Shown here: positions 55,858 through 64,000 of the stretch, piece by piece
Position numbering within the stretch: the first letter of the stretch is position 1
Layout: each line of letters begins with the position of its first letter
Source: an uncultured Verrucomicrobiae bacterium
GTDB taxonomy: Bacteria; Verrucomicrobiota; Verrucomicrobiia; Limisphaerales; UBA11358
Direction of reading: 5' to 3'
NCBI GenBank assembly: GCA_963786375.1
Contig: CAWAYP010000005.1
Span: 80,036-144,035 of the forward strand
DNA: 64,000 nucleotides
Translations under genes and position numbers: made by a program
The notes under the pieces: model-generated
Told to the model about the DNA's origin: nothing
Database searches by the model: none
What the model saw: the letters and a program-made list of their open reading frames with translations, nothing else

Positions 55858-55967
55858 AAACGAACGACAAAAATAACCGAAGATGATTGCTTGTTCAAGC
55901 GCGGCTTGTGGAGGGCTGGTTGCATGAGGTTTGGCTGGAGCAGCAACCGGCGGCAACTCCGCTTAAG

Positions 55968-56849
55968 TCAGGTGGCCGGCACGAACCGTTGCAGCCCCAA
56001 TGTCATGCCGAACAGGGCCAAAAAAAGAAAGCTCAACTCCCGCGAACATCCCGGCGCCACCGCAAGCCAATCCACAAAAACAATCCCCGCCACCAGGCCG
56101 GAAACGACGCGTCCCACGTTCACCGCGCCCGCCTGGAAAATTGGCCGCAGGCAACGCGCAACCCAGAGCACGACAATGAACGACAGCCAGATGGCCGGGT
56201 CGCGGTTTTCTCCGCCATCCATTAACATGGCCAGAACAACCGGCACGATCAGCAGGGCGAGCGGCCAGTAAGGAATTGGCCGGCGCGAATTTTCCAGCCG
56301 CGCCAGGTGCCCCAGGCCGGCGGCGTAGAGTGCCAGCGCCAGACCGCACCAGATGGGCCAGCCGTTCACGCCCCAACCGGCGGCCGAGGCGGCGACGACG
56401 TAAATCCAAAACCGGCACGCGCCCATCAGCCACGGCGAAAGGGTGATCACTTTATGCGTGGCGTCATAGACGACAATGCACACCAGCAACACGACCGCCA
56501 GCGCGCCCGTTGTTTTTCCAATGGCAATCAAGCTCAACACGCCCAGCGCCAGCCACGCCAGGCCCCAGCCCCAGACCGCCGGCAGCGAAATCGCGCCGGA
56601 GGGGATCGGTCGTTGGGGACGGTGTTGGCGGTCAAAATCCACGTCAAACGCGTCGTTCCAAAACATGCCGCCAAGGTAAAGCGCGGTGACGCCGAAGAAC
56701 AGAAAGGGCAAATTCGCATACGTTTCGCCGCCCGCCAGCCACCAGCCCGCCAGGCAATTTGACCAGACTGTCGGCAGATTCGACACGCGCCCCAAAATCA
56801 CCAGCGTGCGGAGTTGGCGGAAAAAGTCCCGGTTCATCGCCCGGAGCAA
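55968..56849 (-). CDS. UbiA-family aromatic prenyltransferase (EboC-like?)
   Basis: ...RVSNLPTVWSNCLAGWWL...; Asp-rich motif WNDAFDVDFDRQH; 8-9 TM spans. Confidence 0.8.
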   Translation of the reverse strand: MLRAMNRDFFRQLRTLVILGRVSNLPTVWSNCLAGWWLAGGETYANLPFLFFGVTALYLGGMFWNDAFDVDFDRQHRPQRPIPSGAISLPAVWGWGLAWLALGVLSLIAIGKTTGALAVVLLVCIVVYDATHKVITLSPWLMGACRFWIYVVAASAAGWGVNGWPIWCGLALALYAAGLGHLARLENSRRPIPYWPLALLIVPVVLAMLMDGGENRDPAIWLSFIVVLWVARCLRPIFQAGAVNVGRVVSGLVAGIVFVDWLAVAPGCSRELSFLFLALFGMTLGLQRFVPAT

Positions 56850-56859
56850 ATCAGAAAAC

Positions 56860-58047
56860 TCATGGGTTGGCGAGTCCGCGTTCCGCCAGTTGCGGGAGCA
56901 GCCACTTGTATTCCGCCGCGAGTTGTTCGGCGACGCTGCGGCTCTTCAGTTCCGGCGGCAATACTTCCCACACGTGGGTTTTCATTTCCAGATGCGAGCA
57001 GAGGGCCGGATTTTCCGCGAGCAAATCCAGCACCGCGAGCAGATGATCGTTCGTGGTTTCAAAGGGCGGCGCGGCGGGGGTGTGCAGTGGAATGTGATAA
57101 TGAATCCGCCATTCGGGCAAATTTTCAAAGGAAGTGTCCTGCGCTTCATAAGGCTCGCCGGCCAGCGCTTCATCAAGATCCGTGTAAATGACCCGCTGGC
57201 CGTCAGGGCGCCGGATGACCACCTGGTGAAAATAAACGTCGTCGGCAAAGGCGGCCAGCGCCGCCCGGGCTTCCGCCGTGGGCCGCACTTTGAGGGCCGA
57301 GCTGACGTGAATTTTGCTGATTCTAATGCCGTGATGATGCAAACAGGGGATGGCGTTTTGAGGCTCTTCAAAATTCACGGCGAAGTGGCAGGTGTCGTAA
57401 TTCACGCCGAGATGTTCGGCCAGGCGCGGATCGCGCGGATGTTCGGCGCGCAGCCGGTCAAAGAGTTGGATGGTTTCGCCGCTGCTTTCCAACAGGCAAA
57501 GCGGCTCGGGTTCGAGACCGAGATGCAATTTTCTTCCCGTTTGCCCGGTCAAATGCGCGATGTGCTCGATGCACTGCCAAAGATGGTAGCGGATGGTTTT
57601 CAGCGCGTCGGCGTGGAGGTGAAAGCCTTTGAACGAACCCGGCAGGGTGCTGACGCTGCCCTCGACCCCGGCCGGCAGCAATTTTGCAAGCAGGTCGAAA
57701 AGCAGGTTGGTATAGGCCAGCCGTTCCGGCGACGTCCAATCCGGCAGGTAAACCTGTTCTTTCACACGCGCGCCGTGGAATTGGCCGAAGGAAAAGCCAT
57801 TGATCGTGAAAACGTAACAATCGTTTTGTCCGAGCCAGCGTTGAAATTCCAGCAGCGCGCCGGGTTCGCTCAATTCGCGCGCGGCGCGGTTGCCCAGGCG
57901 CAGGCCGATGGCGAACGGTTTTTGGGGACAAACCCGTTCACGCACCGCGAGCGTGTGGCGGTTTAGCGCGTCAAATATTTCACGCCACGTCTCGCCGTGA
58001 TGAACGTTCGTGCTGTAGGCCAGGTGCAAGCCGTGATTTAATCGCAT
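56860..58047 (-). CDS. xylose-isomerase-like TIM-barrel protein (EboE-like)
   Basis: ...LAYSTNVHHGETWREIFDAL...PFAIGLRLGNRAARELS...YVFTINGFSFGQFHG..VKEQVYLPDWTSPERLAYT resembles EboE as I remember it; adjacent to UbiA. Confidence 0.5.
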   Translation of the reverse strand: MRLNHGLHLAYSTNVHHGETWREIFDALNRHTLAVRERVCPQKPFAIGLRLGNRAARELSEPGALLEFQRWLGQNDCYVFTINGFSFGQFHGARVKEQVYLPDWTSPERLAYTNLLFDLLAKLLPAGVEGSVSTLPGSFKGFHLHADALKTIRYHLWQCIEHIAHLTGQTGRKLHLGLEPEPLCLLESSGETIQLFDRLRAEHPRDPRLAEHLGVNYDTCHFAVNFEEPQNAIPCLHHHGIRISKIHVSSALKVRPTAEARAALAAFADDVYFHQVVIRRPDGQRVIYTDLDEALAGEPYEAQDTSFENLPEWRIHYHIPLHTPAAPPFETTNDHLLAVLDLLAENPALCSHLEMKTHVWEVLPPELKSRSVAEQLAAEYKWLLPQLAERGLANP

Positions 58048-58236
58048 GGCCGACGGTTTTTCAGGTTGTCCGTGTTTGCTTCAGTTCCGGCCCCGTTTCG
58101 GCGGCGCAACCGTTTGCGGTGGTTCCGAATCCCTGCTGGAAAGATGCAATAAAATCGGGTTTTAGCAAGATGCAAACCGGCGTTGACATGTTTGGCGCAA
58201 AAGTCTATTCTGCGGCGAAACTGAAGTGACCAATCC

Positions 58237-59007
58237 ATGTTGACTCGCATTAGTCTGATTGTGGCGATTGTCGCGGCGCTGGCCGTGGGCGCACTGAACA
58301 TTTTTCAAGTTCGGGACAAAATTGACACGCTGATTACGCAACGCAACGACTTTCACTCCGAACGGGACCAAGCCCGGACCCAACTGGCCAGCGCGCGGGA
58401 CGAGTTGGAGAAAACAAAAGATGATTTGACACAGACCCGGCAGGACTTGACCAACACAGTGACCCAGCTCGCCAAGGCCGAGGCCGACGACAAGGTGCAA
58501 ATCGCGCGCGCCAATGAATTGTCGGACAAGCTGGCCCGGACGGCCCAGGAACGGGATGACGCGCAAAACCAGGTGGCGGCTTACCGGGCGACGGGCTTTT
58601 CCGCGGAGCAGGTGGGCGGATTGAGCAAGGCCCTCAAATCCACCCAGTCCGAACTGGAGGCGGTCCAGGAGGAAAATGGCGTTTTGCAACGCACGGTCAG
58701 TCGTTTGAATAATCAACTGGCTCAATTGATCGGGGTGACAAACTATGTCGTTACCTTGCGCGCCGACCTGAAGGGCAAGATCATTGCCGTGGATCCGAAA
58801 TGGAATTTTGTGGTGCTGAACGTCGGCGGAGACCAAGGCGTGTTGGACGACGGTGAGATGCTCGTCAGCCGTGACGGCAAGCTCGTCGCCAAGGTCATCG
58901 TTCGCAGCGTCCAGAAAGACCGGAGCATCGCCAACGTCGTGCCGGGCTGGCAGCTCGGCGACGTGATCGAAGGCGACGTGGTCACTCCGGCACATCCCGC
59001 TTCTTGA
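58237..59007 (+). CDS. membrane-anchored coiled-coil protein, hypothetical
   Basis: N-terminal TM ISLIVAIVAALAVGAL; ~150 aa of heptad-rich Q/E/R/D sequence; C-terminal beta-rich domain. Confidence 0.55.
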   Translation: MLTRISLIVAIVAALAVGALNIFQVRDKIDTLITQRNDFHSERDQARTQLASARDELEKTKDDLTQTRQDLTNTVTQLAKAEADDKVQIARANELSDKLARTAQERDDAQNQVAAYRATGFSAEQVGGLSKALKSTQSELEAVQEENGVLQRTVSRLNNQLAQLIGVTNYVVTLRADLKGKIIAVDPKWNFVVLNVGGDQGVLDDGEMLVSRDGKLVAKVIVRSVQKDRSIANVVPGWQLGDVIEGDVVTPAHPAS

Positions 59008-59008
59008 A

Positions 59009-59176
59009 ATGGGACGTCCAGCCGTCAAATGGCTTTTGCTGTTCATGCTGGGCGCCATTCTCCTCGGTGTCAGCGGTTGCGAAACCAACGAGCCGGGAAA
59101 TGCCTCCGTCCGCCCGTGGAATTCCCCTCAAAGTTGGGAAGGTGGCTCGCCGATGCTCGATCAACAGCACCAATGA
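59009..59176 (+). CDS. 55-aa lipoprotein (below the ORF-track cutoff), hypothetical
   Basis: Hand translation gives MGRPAVKWLLLFMLGAILLGVSGCETNEPGNASVRPWNSPQSWEGGSPMLDQQHQ-stop; lipobox LGVSGC. Confidence 0.5.
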   Translation: MGRPAVKWLLLFMLGAILLGVSGCETNEPGNASVRPWNSPQSWEGGSPMLDQQHQ

Positions 59177-59207
59177 CGCGGCCAGTGGCGAGTGACGGGA
59201 AATCGCG

Positions 59208-59795
59208 TCACGTTTCAGCACATCGCGTCGGCGTCAGAACAAAATTCATTCGCACGTCCAGCTTCCCCGCCGGAACTGCGTTCATGATTTGTTCGTCAAA
59301 GGCCACGCCGCATTTGGCGCCGCCCACTTCGGCCAACAAACGGTCGAAAAATCCCCTGCCGCGGCCGAGCCGGTGACCCAGCGCGTCGAACGCCACTCCC
59401 GGCACGAGGACCAAATCGAAGCGGTTCAACGGGATTTCGGCGCAATTTGCCGCCGGCTCGCGGATGCCGAATTTTCCCGTCACAATTTCGCTTTGGGGAT
59501 GTTGCACGCGCGACGCCGTGTATTTTCCCGTCGCGAGATTGAAACGCGGCAGGGCGACGATTTTTCCGGTTGCCACCGCTTCTGCCAGCAACGGCCATAT
59601 ATCCACTTCATTCGGCAGCGGCGCAAAAAACAAAATCGTGGCCGCGGCCTTCCAAAACGGCTGCCGCGGTAAAAGCGCGCGGACCTTTGCCGAATCCGCC
59701 ACCCGTCTTTCCGGCGATAAATTATTCAGGACGCCCCGGATTTCAGAGCGCAGCTTCGCCTTGGTTTTGTCCAATCCATGTTTATCCGTGTCCAT
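59208..59795 (-). CDS. 5-formyltetrahydrofolate cyclo-ligase
   Basis: ...KLRSEIRGVLNNLSPERR...ILFFAPLPNEVDI...LVPGVAFDALGHRLGRGRGFFDR. Confidence 0.85.
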   Translation of the reverse strand: MDTDKHGLDKTKAKLRSEIRGVLNNLSPERRVADSAKVRALLPRQPFWKAAATILFFAPLPNEVDIWPLLAEAVATGKIVALPRFNLATGKYTASRVQHPQSEIVTGKFGIREPAANCAEIPLNRFDLVLVPGVAFDALGHRLGRGRGFFDRLLAEVGGAKCGVAFDEQIMNAVPAGKLDVRMNFVLTPTRCAET

Positions 59796-59996
59796 CTGTG
59801 TTCAAGTTATTAAAACCCTTGTAAATACAGGGTTTCTTGAGCGGATGGACGGCCACTGTCAGCAAAACTGTCAGTCACGGGGCGTATGGTAAAACAACTC
59901 GCCACTACTTGCCAGAACTTGCTGAAACTCTGCCACCACTGGCGTTCACAAACGCCGTGGATACGGGACTGGTTACTCGATTCGAGCAATCCAGTT

Positions 59997-61022
59997 ATGA
60001 AAACGAAATACACATTGTTCCGGCGCGGCGAAATGTTCTACATGCAGGACAGCGCGACCGGCAAACAGACCAGCCTTCGCACAAAGGACGAGACCGAGGC
60101 CAAGAGCCTGCTAAACGCCCGGAACGAGGCGCAACGCCAGCCAGTGCTAAACTTGCACCTTGCCCGCGCCTACCTCACAGCCAGCGACCCCTCGTTTGTG
60201 GAACGCACTTGGCAGATCGTCATGGAGCAGTTGCAATCACGCGGCAAGGACAGCAGCCGCGAGCGTTACGCGACCGTGTTCAAATCATCCTGCTTTGACA
60301 GCCTGCGTCACAAGAAATTGCTGGAAACAACCGCCGACGATTTCTTTGCCGTGTTCAAAGACGGCAAAGTGTCCATCGTCTATTTCCTGAAACGGCTTCA
60401 CAACTTCGCCTTGAGCTTGGGCTGGATTGCCCTGCCAGTGGTTGCCCCCTACCTTTGGCCGAAATACGAGGCCAAAGAACGGCGCGGCATCACGCCGGAC
60501 GAACAGGACGCCATTCTAGCCATTGAGAAAAAAGCCGAGTGGAAGCTGTTCTTGGAACTGCTATGGGAAACGGGCGCGGCCCAAGGGGACGCCGCCTCCA
60601 TGACCGCCGAGGACATTGACTGGCAGAGCCGGACAATCACCTACTTTCGGATGAAAACTGGCTCGCGGGCGCAGTTCACGATCAGCAAGAAGCTGGAAAC
60701 CGTTTTGGGCCACTTGCCCACCAGCGGTCCGCTATTCCCGAACCTCTCGAAATTCACGGCCAACGACCGGGCCAGCCGGTTTCGCCGCCGCTGCCATCGG
60801 GCGGGAGTGCATGGCGTAACCTTGCACAGCTACCGTTACGCATGGGCAGAGCGGGCGAAGGTGGTCGGGATGCCGGAGCGGTTTGCCCAGGCGGCGCTTG
60901 GGCATAACAGCAAGGCGATTCACCGCGCCTATGCGAAGAAGGCGCAAATCATCGTGCCCTCACTTGAGGACTACGAAACGAAGGCAGCGACGGCCACGCT
61001 ACAAAACGCAGTCGCGGCTTGA
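59997..61022 (+). CDS. tyrosine recombinase / phage-type integrase
   Basis: Start at MKTKYTLFRRG (ATG 59997). C-terminal catalytic region ...GVTLHSYRYAWAERA...ALGHNSKAIHRAYAK (H-x-x-R ... H ... Y). Confidence 0.8.
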   Translation: MKTKYTLFRRGEMFYMQDSATGKQTSLRTKDETEAKSLLNARNEAQRQPVLNLHLARAYLTASDPSFVERTWQIVMEQLQSRGKDSSRERYATVFKSSCFDSLRHKKLLETTADDFFAVFKDGKVSIVYFLKRLHNFALSLGWIALPVVAPYLWPKYEAKERRGITPDEQDAILAIEKKAEWKLFLELLWETGAAQGDAASMTAEDIDWQSRTITYFRMKTGSRAQFTISKKLETVLGHLPTSGPLFPNLSKFTANDRASRFRRRCHRAGVHGVTLHSYRYAWAERAKVVGMPERFAQAALGHNSKAIHRAYAKKAQIIVPSLEDYETKAATATLQNAVAA

Positions 61023-61041
61023 AGCCGCGCCAATAAGAACG

Positions 61042-61084
61042 AAGCGGTTGAGTCCAACGACTCAACCGCTTTTCTGGTTTTGGG
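61042..61084 (+). terminator. intrinsic terminator after the integrase
   Basis: AAGCGGTTGAGTC / GACTCAACCGCTT 13-bp stem, CAAC loop, then TTCTGGTTTT. Confidence 0.75.
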
Positions 61085-61297
61085 GTCTTGCGCCATCCCC
61101 AAGCCCCGCGCCAGAGGCTTTGCCTCTGGACTCCTTCATCCGCTGCGCTGGCCTTATCGCTGACGCGCCCTTTCCGTAGCGGAAAGGAAAGTGTTTTGCA
61201 CATCGCCGCCCGTCGCGGCGGCAGAGAGCGACAGAAGCACCGTCTGAAATGTGAACGCGCGTTTCGCGCTTGGAAAATTACCCCCTAAAAGCCGACT

Positions 61298-61516
61298 TCA
61301 AATCTCCGGCTCCATCGGCTCCCGATCCGGCTGGTTCATTTCGCGCTGCACGTTATATCCGCTTTGCTCCAGTCCGATGAGCCACGCATCCCAAATTGCG
61401 TTTGCGGCTCCTTTGGCCAACTTCTCACCCGCCGGAAATAGGTCCGTGCGGGTTTGAATTGTCGGCCTGCCAAAGGCCAGTTTCCGAATGTCCATTTCGC
61501 TATGTTCGAGTTCCAT
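61298..61516 (-). CDS. hypothetical small protein (72 aa)
   Basis: Start taken at MELEHSEMD, 8 nt after the upstream gene's stop; no family recognised. Confidence 0.3.
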   Translation of the reverse strand: MELEHSEMDIRKLAFGRPTIQTRTDLFPAGEKLAKGAANAIWDAWLIGLEQSGYNVQREMNQPDREPMEPEI

Positions 61517-61524
61517 AAATTGAA

Positions 61525-61857
61525 TCAGTTCGTTTCCGCCAATTCCGCGTGACCATTGCGTAAGCCGTTTGTGCCGACGTTCCTTTTCCGGCCATTCTGC
61601 TGCTGCCAGTGCTGGCAAATCGTATTGGTGACTTTGACGAGCCAGGAACGATCTTTGGCCGTTTCCAAAACATCGGCAGTCGCAAAATACTTCGCGCCGT
61701 TCTTCGCGGGATTGCCAAGCGGCTTGAGCAGCCGCGCCGAAATCAGCGCGGGAATGTCATGGGGCTGACAGTTCAGCACCCAGCCCGCTTGCTCCGCCGT
61801 CAGGCGGGCGGGCAACTGACCGAGCAGCGACAGAAACCGATGTTGATCGTCTTTCAT
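61525..61857 (-). CDS. excisionase/AlpA-like helix-turn-helix DNA-binding protein
   Basis: ...LTAEQAGWVLNCQPHDIPALISARLLKPLGNP... resembles a short HTH of the excisionase type; island context. Confidence 0.45.
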   Translation of the reverse strand: MKDDQHRFLSLLGQLPARLTAEQAGWVLNCQPHDIPALISARLLKPLGNPAKNGAKYFATADVLETAKDRSWLVKVTNTICQHWQQQNGRKRNVGTNGLRNGHAELAETN

Positions 61858-62050
61858 TACGCAACACCAGTCGCAGGCCAGCTTGAAACCGAACAGCCAA
61901 CCCGTTCCCTGCCTGAAAGGCCGCAGGCGTTGACTTCCCTGCTTTCCTCACGGCCAGAATTGTTGGCCGTTGCGCGGGCGTATAGTCAACTTTCAGGCTG
62001 CGTCACTTTTTAATCGCCGGGCCTGGGCATTTGGGCTTTCATTTCGGGGC

Positions 62051-62608
62051 ATGGACGAATTGATCAAGCTGGTCCGCACCTACCGGCTGACGGCAGGACT
62101 GGCCGAGCGCATCCGGCTGGCGGAAGACATCTTCCGCCGCATTGAGCCGGATTTGCGCGCGTTCGTTTTCAGCAGTGTTTCCAACGAAGCCGCCAAGGAC
62201 GCCTTGCAGGAAGTCTTGAAGGCCATCGCCGTCAGCTTGAAGCAATTTAAGGGCGACACCCACAAGGAATTTTGGGGGTGGTGTTACCGCATCGCCCGGA
62301 ACAAATTGAGTGATCATTTTCGCCAGCAATACACGGAGCGGATGCAGCCCGTTTCGCCGGAAGAACTCTGGCGAATGATGGATTTGACGGCGCAGACCTC
62401 GCCGATCTCACCCGCCGTCCGGCATGATTTAGACCACATCATCAAACTGCTGACCGCCACCAAGCCGGATTGTTCAGACCTGCTTTGGAAACATTACGTC
62501 ATCGGCCTCGACTACGCCGAGATTGCAGAGGAACGAAACGTGAGCTATGATAATGCACGAATGAAAATCGGGCGTTGCCTCGATGAGGCAAAATCGCTCG
62601 TTTCCTGA
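62051..62608 (+). CDS. ECF-type sigma-70 family RNA polymerase sigma factor
   Basis: Region 2 ...FWGWCYRIARNKLSDHFR...; region 4 HTH ...LLWKHYVIGLDYAEIAEERNVSYDNARMKIGRCL. Confidence 0.8.
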   Translation: MDELIKLVRTYRLTAGLAERIRLAEDIFRRIEPDLRAFVFSSVSNEAAKDALQEVLKAIAVSLKQFKGDTHKEFWGWCYRIARNKLSDHFRQQYTERMQPVSPEELWRMMDLTAQTSPISPAVRHDLDHIIKLLTATKPDCSDLLWKHYVIGLDYAEIAEERNVSYDNARMKIGRCLDEAKSLVS

Positions 62609-62609
62609 T

Positions 62610-62831
62610 ATGGCCGAGCTATCACCAAAAGAACAACTGGCCTTGCACGAATTCAGCGTGCGGTATCGCGCGGCGCTGGCGCAGCGGCACCAGACGCCGG
62701 AGCAGAGCCTTGACACAGTCAAGGACGCCGTGCGGGAACAATACGAGCAGGAGCAGGACGCCAAGCGCAGCCCATCCGTTGAGCCGGAAAGTCCCACGCC
62801 GGAACAGGAACCGGAAGAGCCGGAGCCGTAG
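62610..62831 (+). CDS. small acidic protein co-transcribed with the ECF sigma (possible partner / anti-sigma), hypothetical
   Basis: The ATG at 62610 lies 1 nt after the sigma gene stop (62606-62608). 73 aa with an acidic PEQEPEEPEP tail. Confidence 0.4.
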   Translation: MAELSPKEQLALHEFSVRYRAALAQRHQTPEQSLDTVKDAVREQYEQEQDAKRSPSVEPESPTPEQEPEEPEP

Positions 62832-62840
62832 GCGGCAGAT

Positions 62841-62954
62841 TCACCGCCGCACCTTGCGGCGGCGGCGGGAACGGGACGCATTGCGTAAGGTTGCCAGCGC
62901 ACTAAGGACATGCGCGAGGGCGTTAATCAGCAAAGCGAAATCAAAAACAGTCAT
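62841..62954 (-). CDS. 37-aa hydrophobic-then-Arg-rich peptide (speculative, toxin-like)
   Basis: Hand translation gives MTVFDFALLINALAHVLSALATLRNASRSRRRRKVRR-stop. AGAGGA lies 8 nt upstream of the ATG. Confidence 0.25.
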   Translation of the reverse strand: MTVFDFALLINALAHVLSALATLRNASRSRRRRKVRR

Positions 62955-63196
62955 GTGGTTAATCCTCTTTTATGTCCGCCTTGATTGGCGTGACGTGAGG
63001 GGAAAGAGCCGGGATCAGAGCATGAGGGGCAAGGCCGCGCCGCGCCGGAACGGGGCGAAGCTGCACAAGCCGCAGGCGCGGAAGCGAGCCGCCTTGGACG
63101 CTTGGCTCGACCGGCTAAAGCTGCTCACGACCACGCCGAAGGCGGCAGAAATGGGAGAAAACCTGATTTTGAATCGTGGCCCGATGAAACGCGCCG

Positions 63197-64000
63197 CTAT
63201 TTTTTTCGAGCGAGCTTGTCCAGATAGTCCGCCCACCATTGCATCATCTTCCGACGTTCGGGCAGAAATTCGGCATAATTATATGCGCCGCGCACCTTGT
63301 CCCCTTCACCGTGCGCAAGCTGGCGTTCGATGGCGTCCCGGTTCCAGCCGTTTTCGTTGAGCAGGGTGGACGCCATTGACCGGAAACCGTGGCCGGTCAT
63401 TTCATGTTTCTCGTAACCCAAAAGGCGCAGGGCGGCATTGACCGTGTTCTCGCTCATGGGCTTGTCGCCTGTCCGCGCTCCGGGGAACAAATACCTGCCC
63501 CCGCCGGTGAGTGGCTGCAATTCCTCAAGAACGGCCACCGCCTGTTTGGACAAGGGAACAATGTGTTTGTGGCGCATCTTCATGCGCTCGGCGGGAATCC
63601 GCCATTCGGCGGCTTCCAAATCAAATTCCTTCCATTCGGCCTTGCGAAGCTCGCCCGGACGGACAAACACCAAGGGGGCGAATTTAAGGGCGCAGCGGGT
63701 GATGAATGAACCGATGTAACCGTCCATTGCCCGCATGAGAACACCAACCTTTTTCGGATCGGTAATGCTTGGGTGGTGCTTTTCCTTCGTCGGCAACAAG
63801 GCTCCCCTCAAATCACTCGAAATATCCCGCTCCGCTCTGCCCGTGGCCACCGCATAGCGGAAAACCGCCCCACAGTTTTCCAAAGCCCGATGCGCCGTCT
63901 CCGAGGCGTTTCTCGCCTCGACGCGCCGGAGGCATTTGAGCAATTCGGACGCGGCAATGCTTTCAATCGCCCGGCCTTTGAACCACGGAAAGATATTTAG
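63197..64000 (-). CDS. P4-type tyrosine integrase, 5' part beyond the window end
   Basis: ...ETAHRALENCGAVFRYAVATGRAERD...HGFRSMASTLLNENGWNRDAIERQLAH...VRGAYN.AEFLPERRKMMQWWADYLD. The frame stays open to position 64000. Confidence 0.85.
   Translation of the reverse strand, partial: LNIFPWFKGRAIESIAASELLKCLRRVEARNASETAHRALENCGAVFRYAVATGRAERDISSDLRGALLPTKEKHHPSITDPKKVGVLMRAMDGYIGSFITRCALKFAPLVFVRPGELRKAEWKEFDLEAAEWRIPAERMKMRHKHIVPLSKQAVAVLEELQPLTGGGRYLFPGARTGDKPMSENTVNAALRLLGYEKHEMTGHGFRSMASTLLNENGWNRDAIERQLAHGEGDKVRGAYNYAEFLPERRKMMQWWADYLDKLARKK

Larger units (their letters stand above)
59800..64000. mobile_element. probable integrative element(s): two tyrosine recombinases flanking regulatory and small ORFs; right end beyond the window
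   Basis: Integrase genes at 59997-61022 (+) and 63197 to beyond 64000 (-) face inward around an excisionase-like HTH, an ECF sigma factor and orphan small ORFs. Confidence 0.55.

Noticed and set aside
62710-63360. 216-aa plus-strand ORF and 145-aa minus-strand ORF 62474-62911 in the island.
   Set aside because: Both are Arg-rich with no motifs. They overlap the sigma-factor partner ORF and the 3' end of the P4-type integrase, and are probably non-coding.

Overview
GC-rich (about 60%) bacterial chromosomal segment. All calls come from reading the sequence and the ORF translations; no database search was run. The dispersed repeat families and the low-complexity tails on ribosomal proteins remind me of PVC/Verrucomicrobia-like genomes, but that is memory only. 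From 2.5 to 24.7 kb the + strand carries the ribosomal-protein supercluster: str (rpsL-rpsG-fusA), S10 (rpsJ-rplC-rplD-rplW, then rplB-rpsS-rplV-rpsC-rplP-rpmC-rpsQ), spc (rplN-rplX-rplE-rpsN-rpsH-rplF-rplR-rpsE-rplO-secY-map-infA-rpmJ) and alpha (rpsM-rpsK-rpsD-rpoA-rplQ). tuf, rpmD and adk are not in their usual places. Four things are unusual here. (1) fusA, rpsJ, rplC and rplD carry 8-10 single-base frame breaks within 3.1 kb. (2) The S10 operon is split between rplW and rplB by a 3.65 kb insert holding a REP-like hairpin, a strong terminator, a Y-family polymerase gene, an orphan membrane protein and a second copy of the r-protein promoter. (3) Several r-protein start codons are preceded by tandem ATTTAAC octamers. 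(4) An identical 19-nt hairpin precedes rplE and rplR. The rest is mostly housekeeping: an IS630 element; an mlaEFD operon running into PIN-TRAM, DUF2007 and glcD-like genes; an initiator tRNA-Met followed by a decayed transposase-like fragment and an RCC1-repeat gene; aroB, trpG/pabA, panD, sodA, cysK; rlmN; etfBA with a MITE-like insert; a GPH symporter-GH130-GH94 sugar locus; cysI-cysH-cysD; and a UbiA/EboE-like pair. The last 4 kb looks like an integrative island with two tyrosine recombinases, an ECF sigma factor and small ORFs. The most intriguing region is the roughly 1.45 kb gap with no convincing ORF at 40.5-42.0 kb. It contains a densely hairpinned, GNRA-loop-rich candidate RNA of about 0.85-1 kb on the minus strand that I cannot assign to any known RNA family. 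A DnaA-box-like cluster sits just upstream of it.
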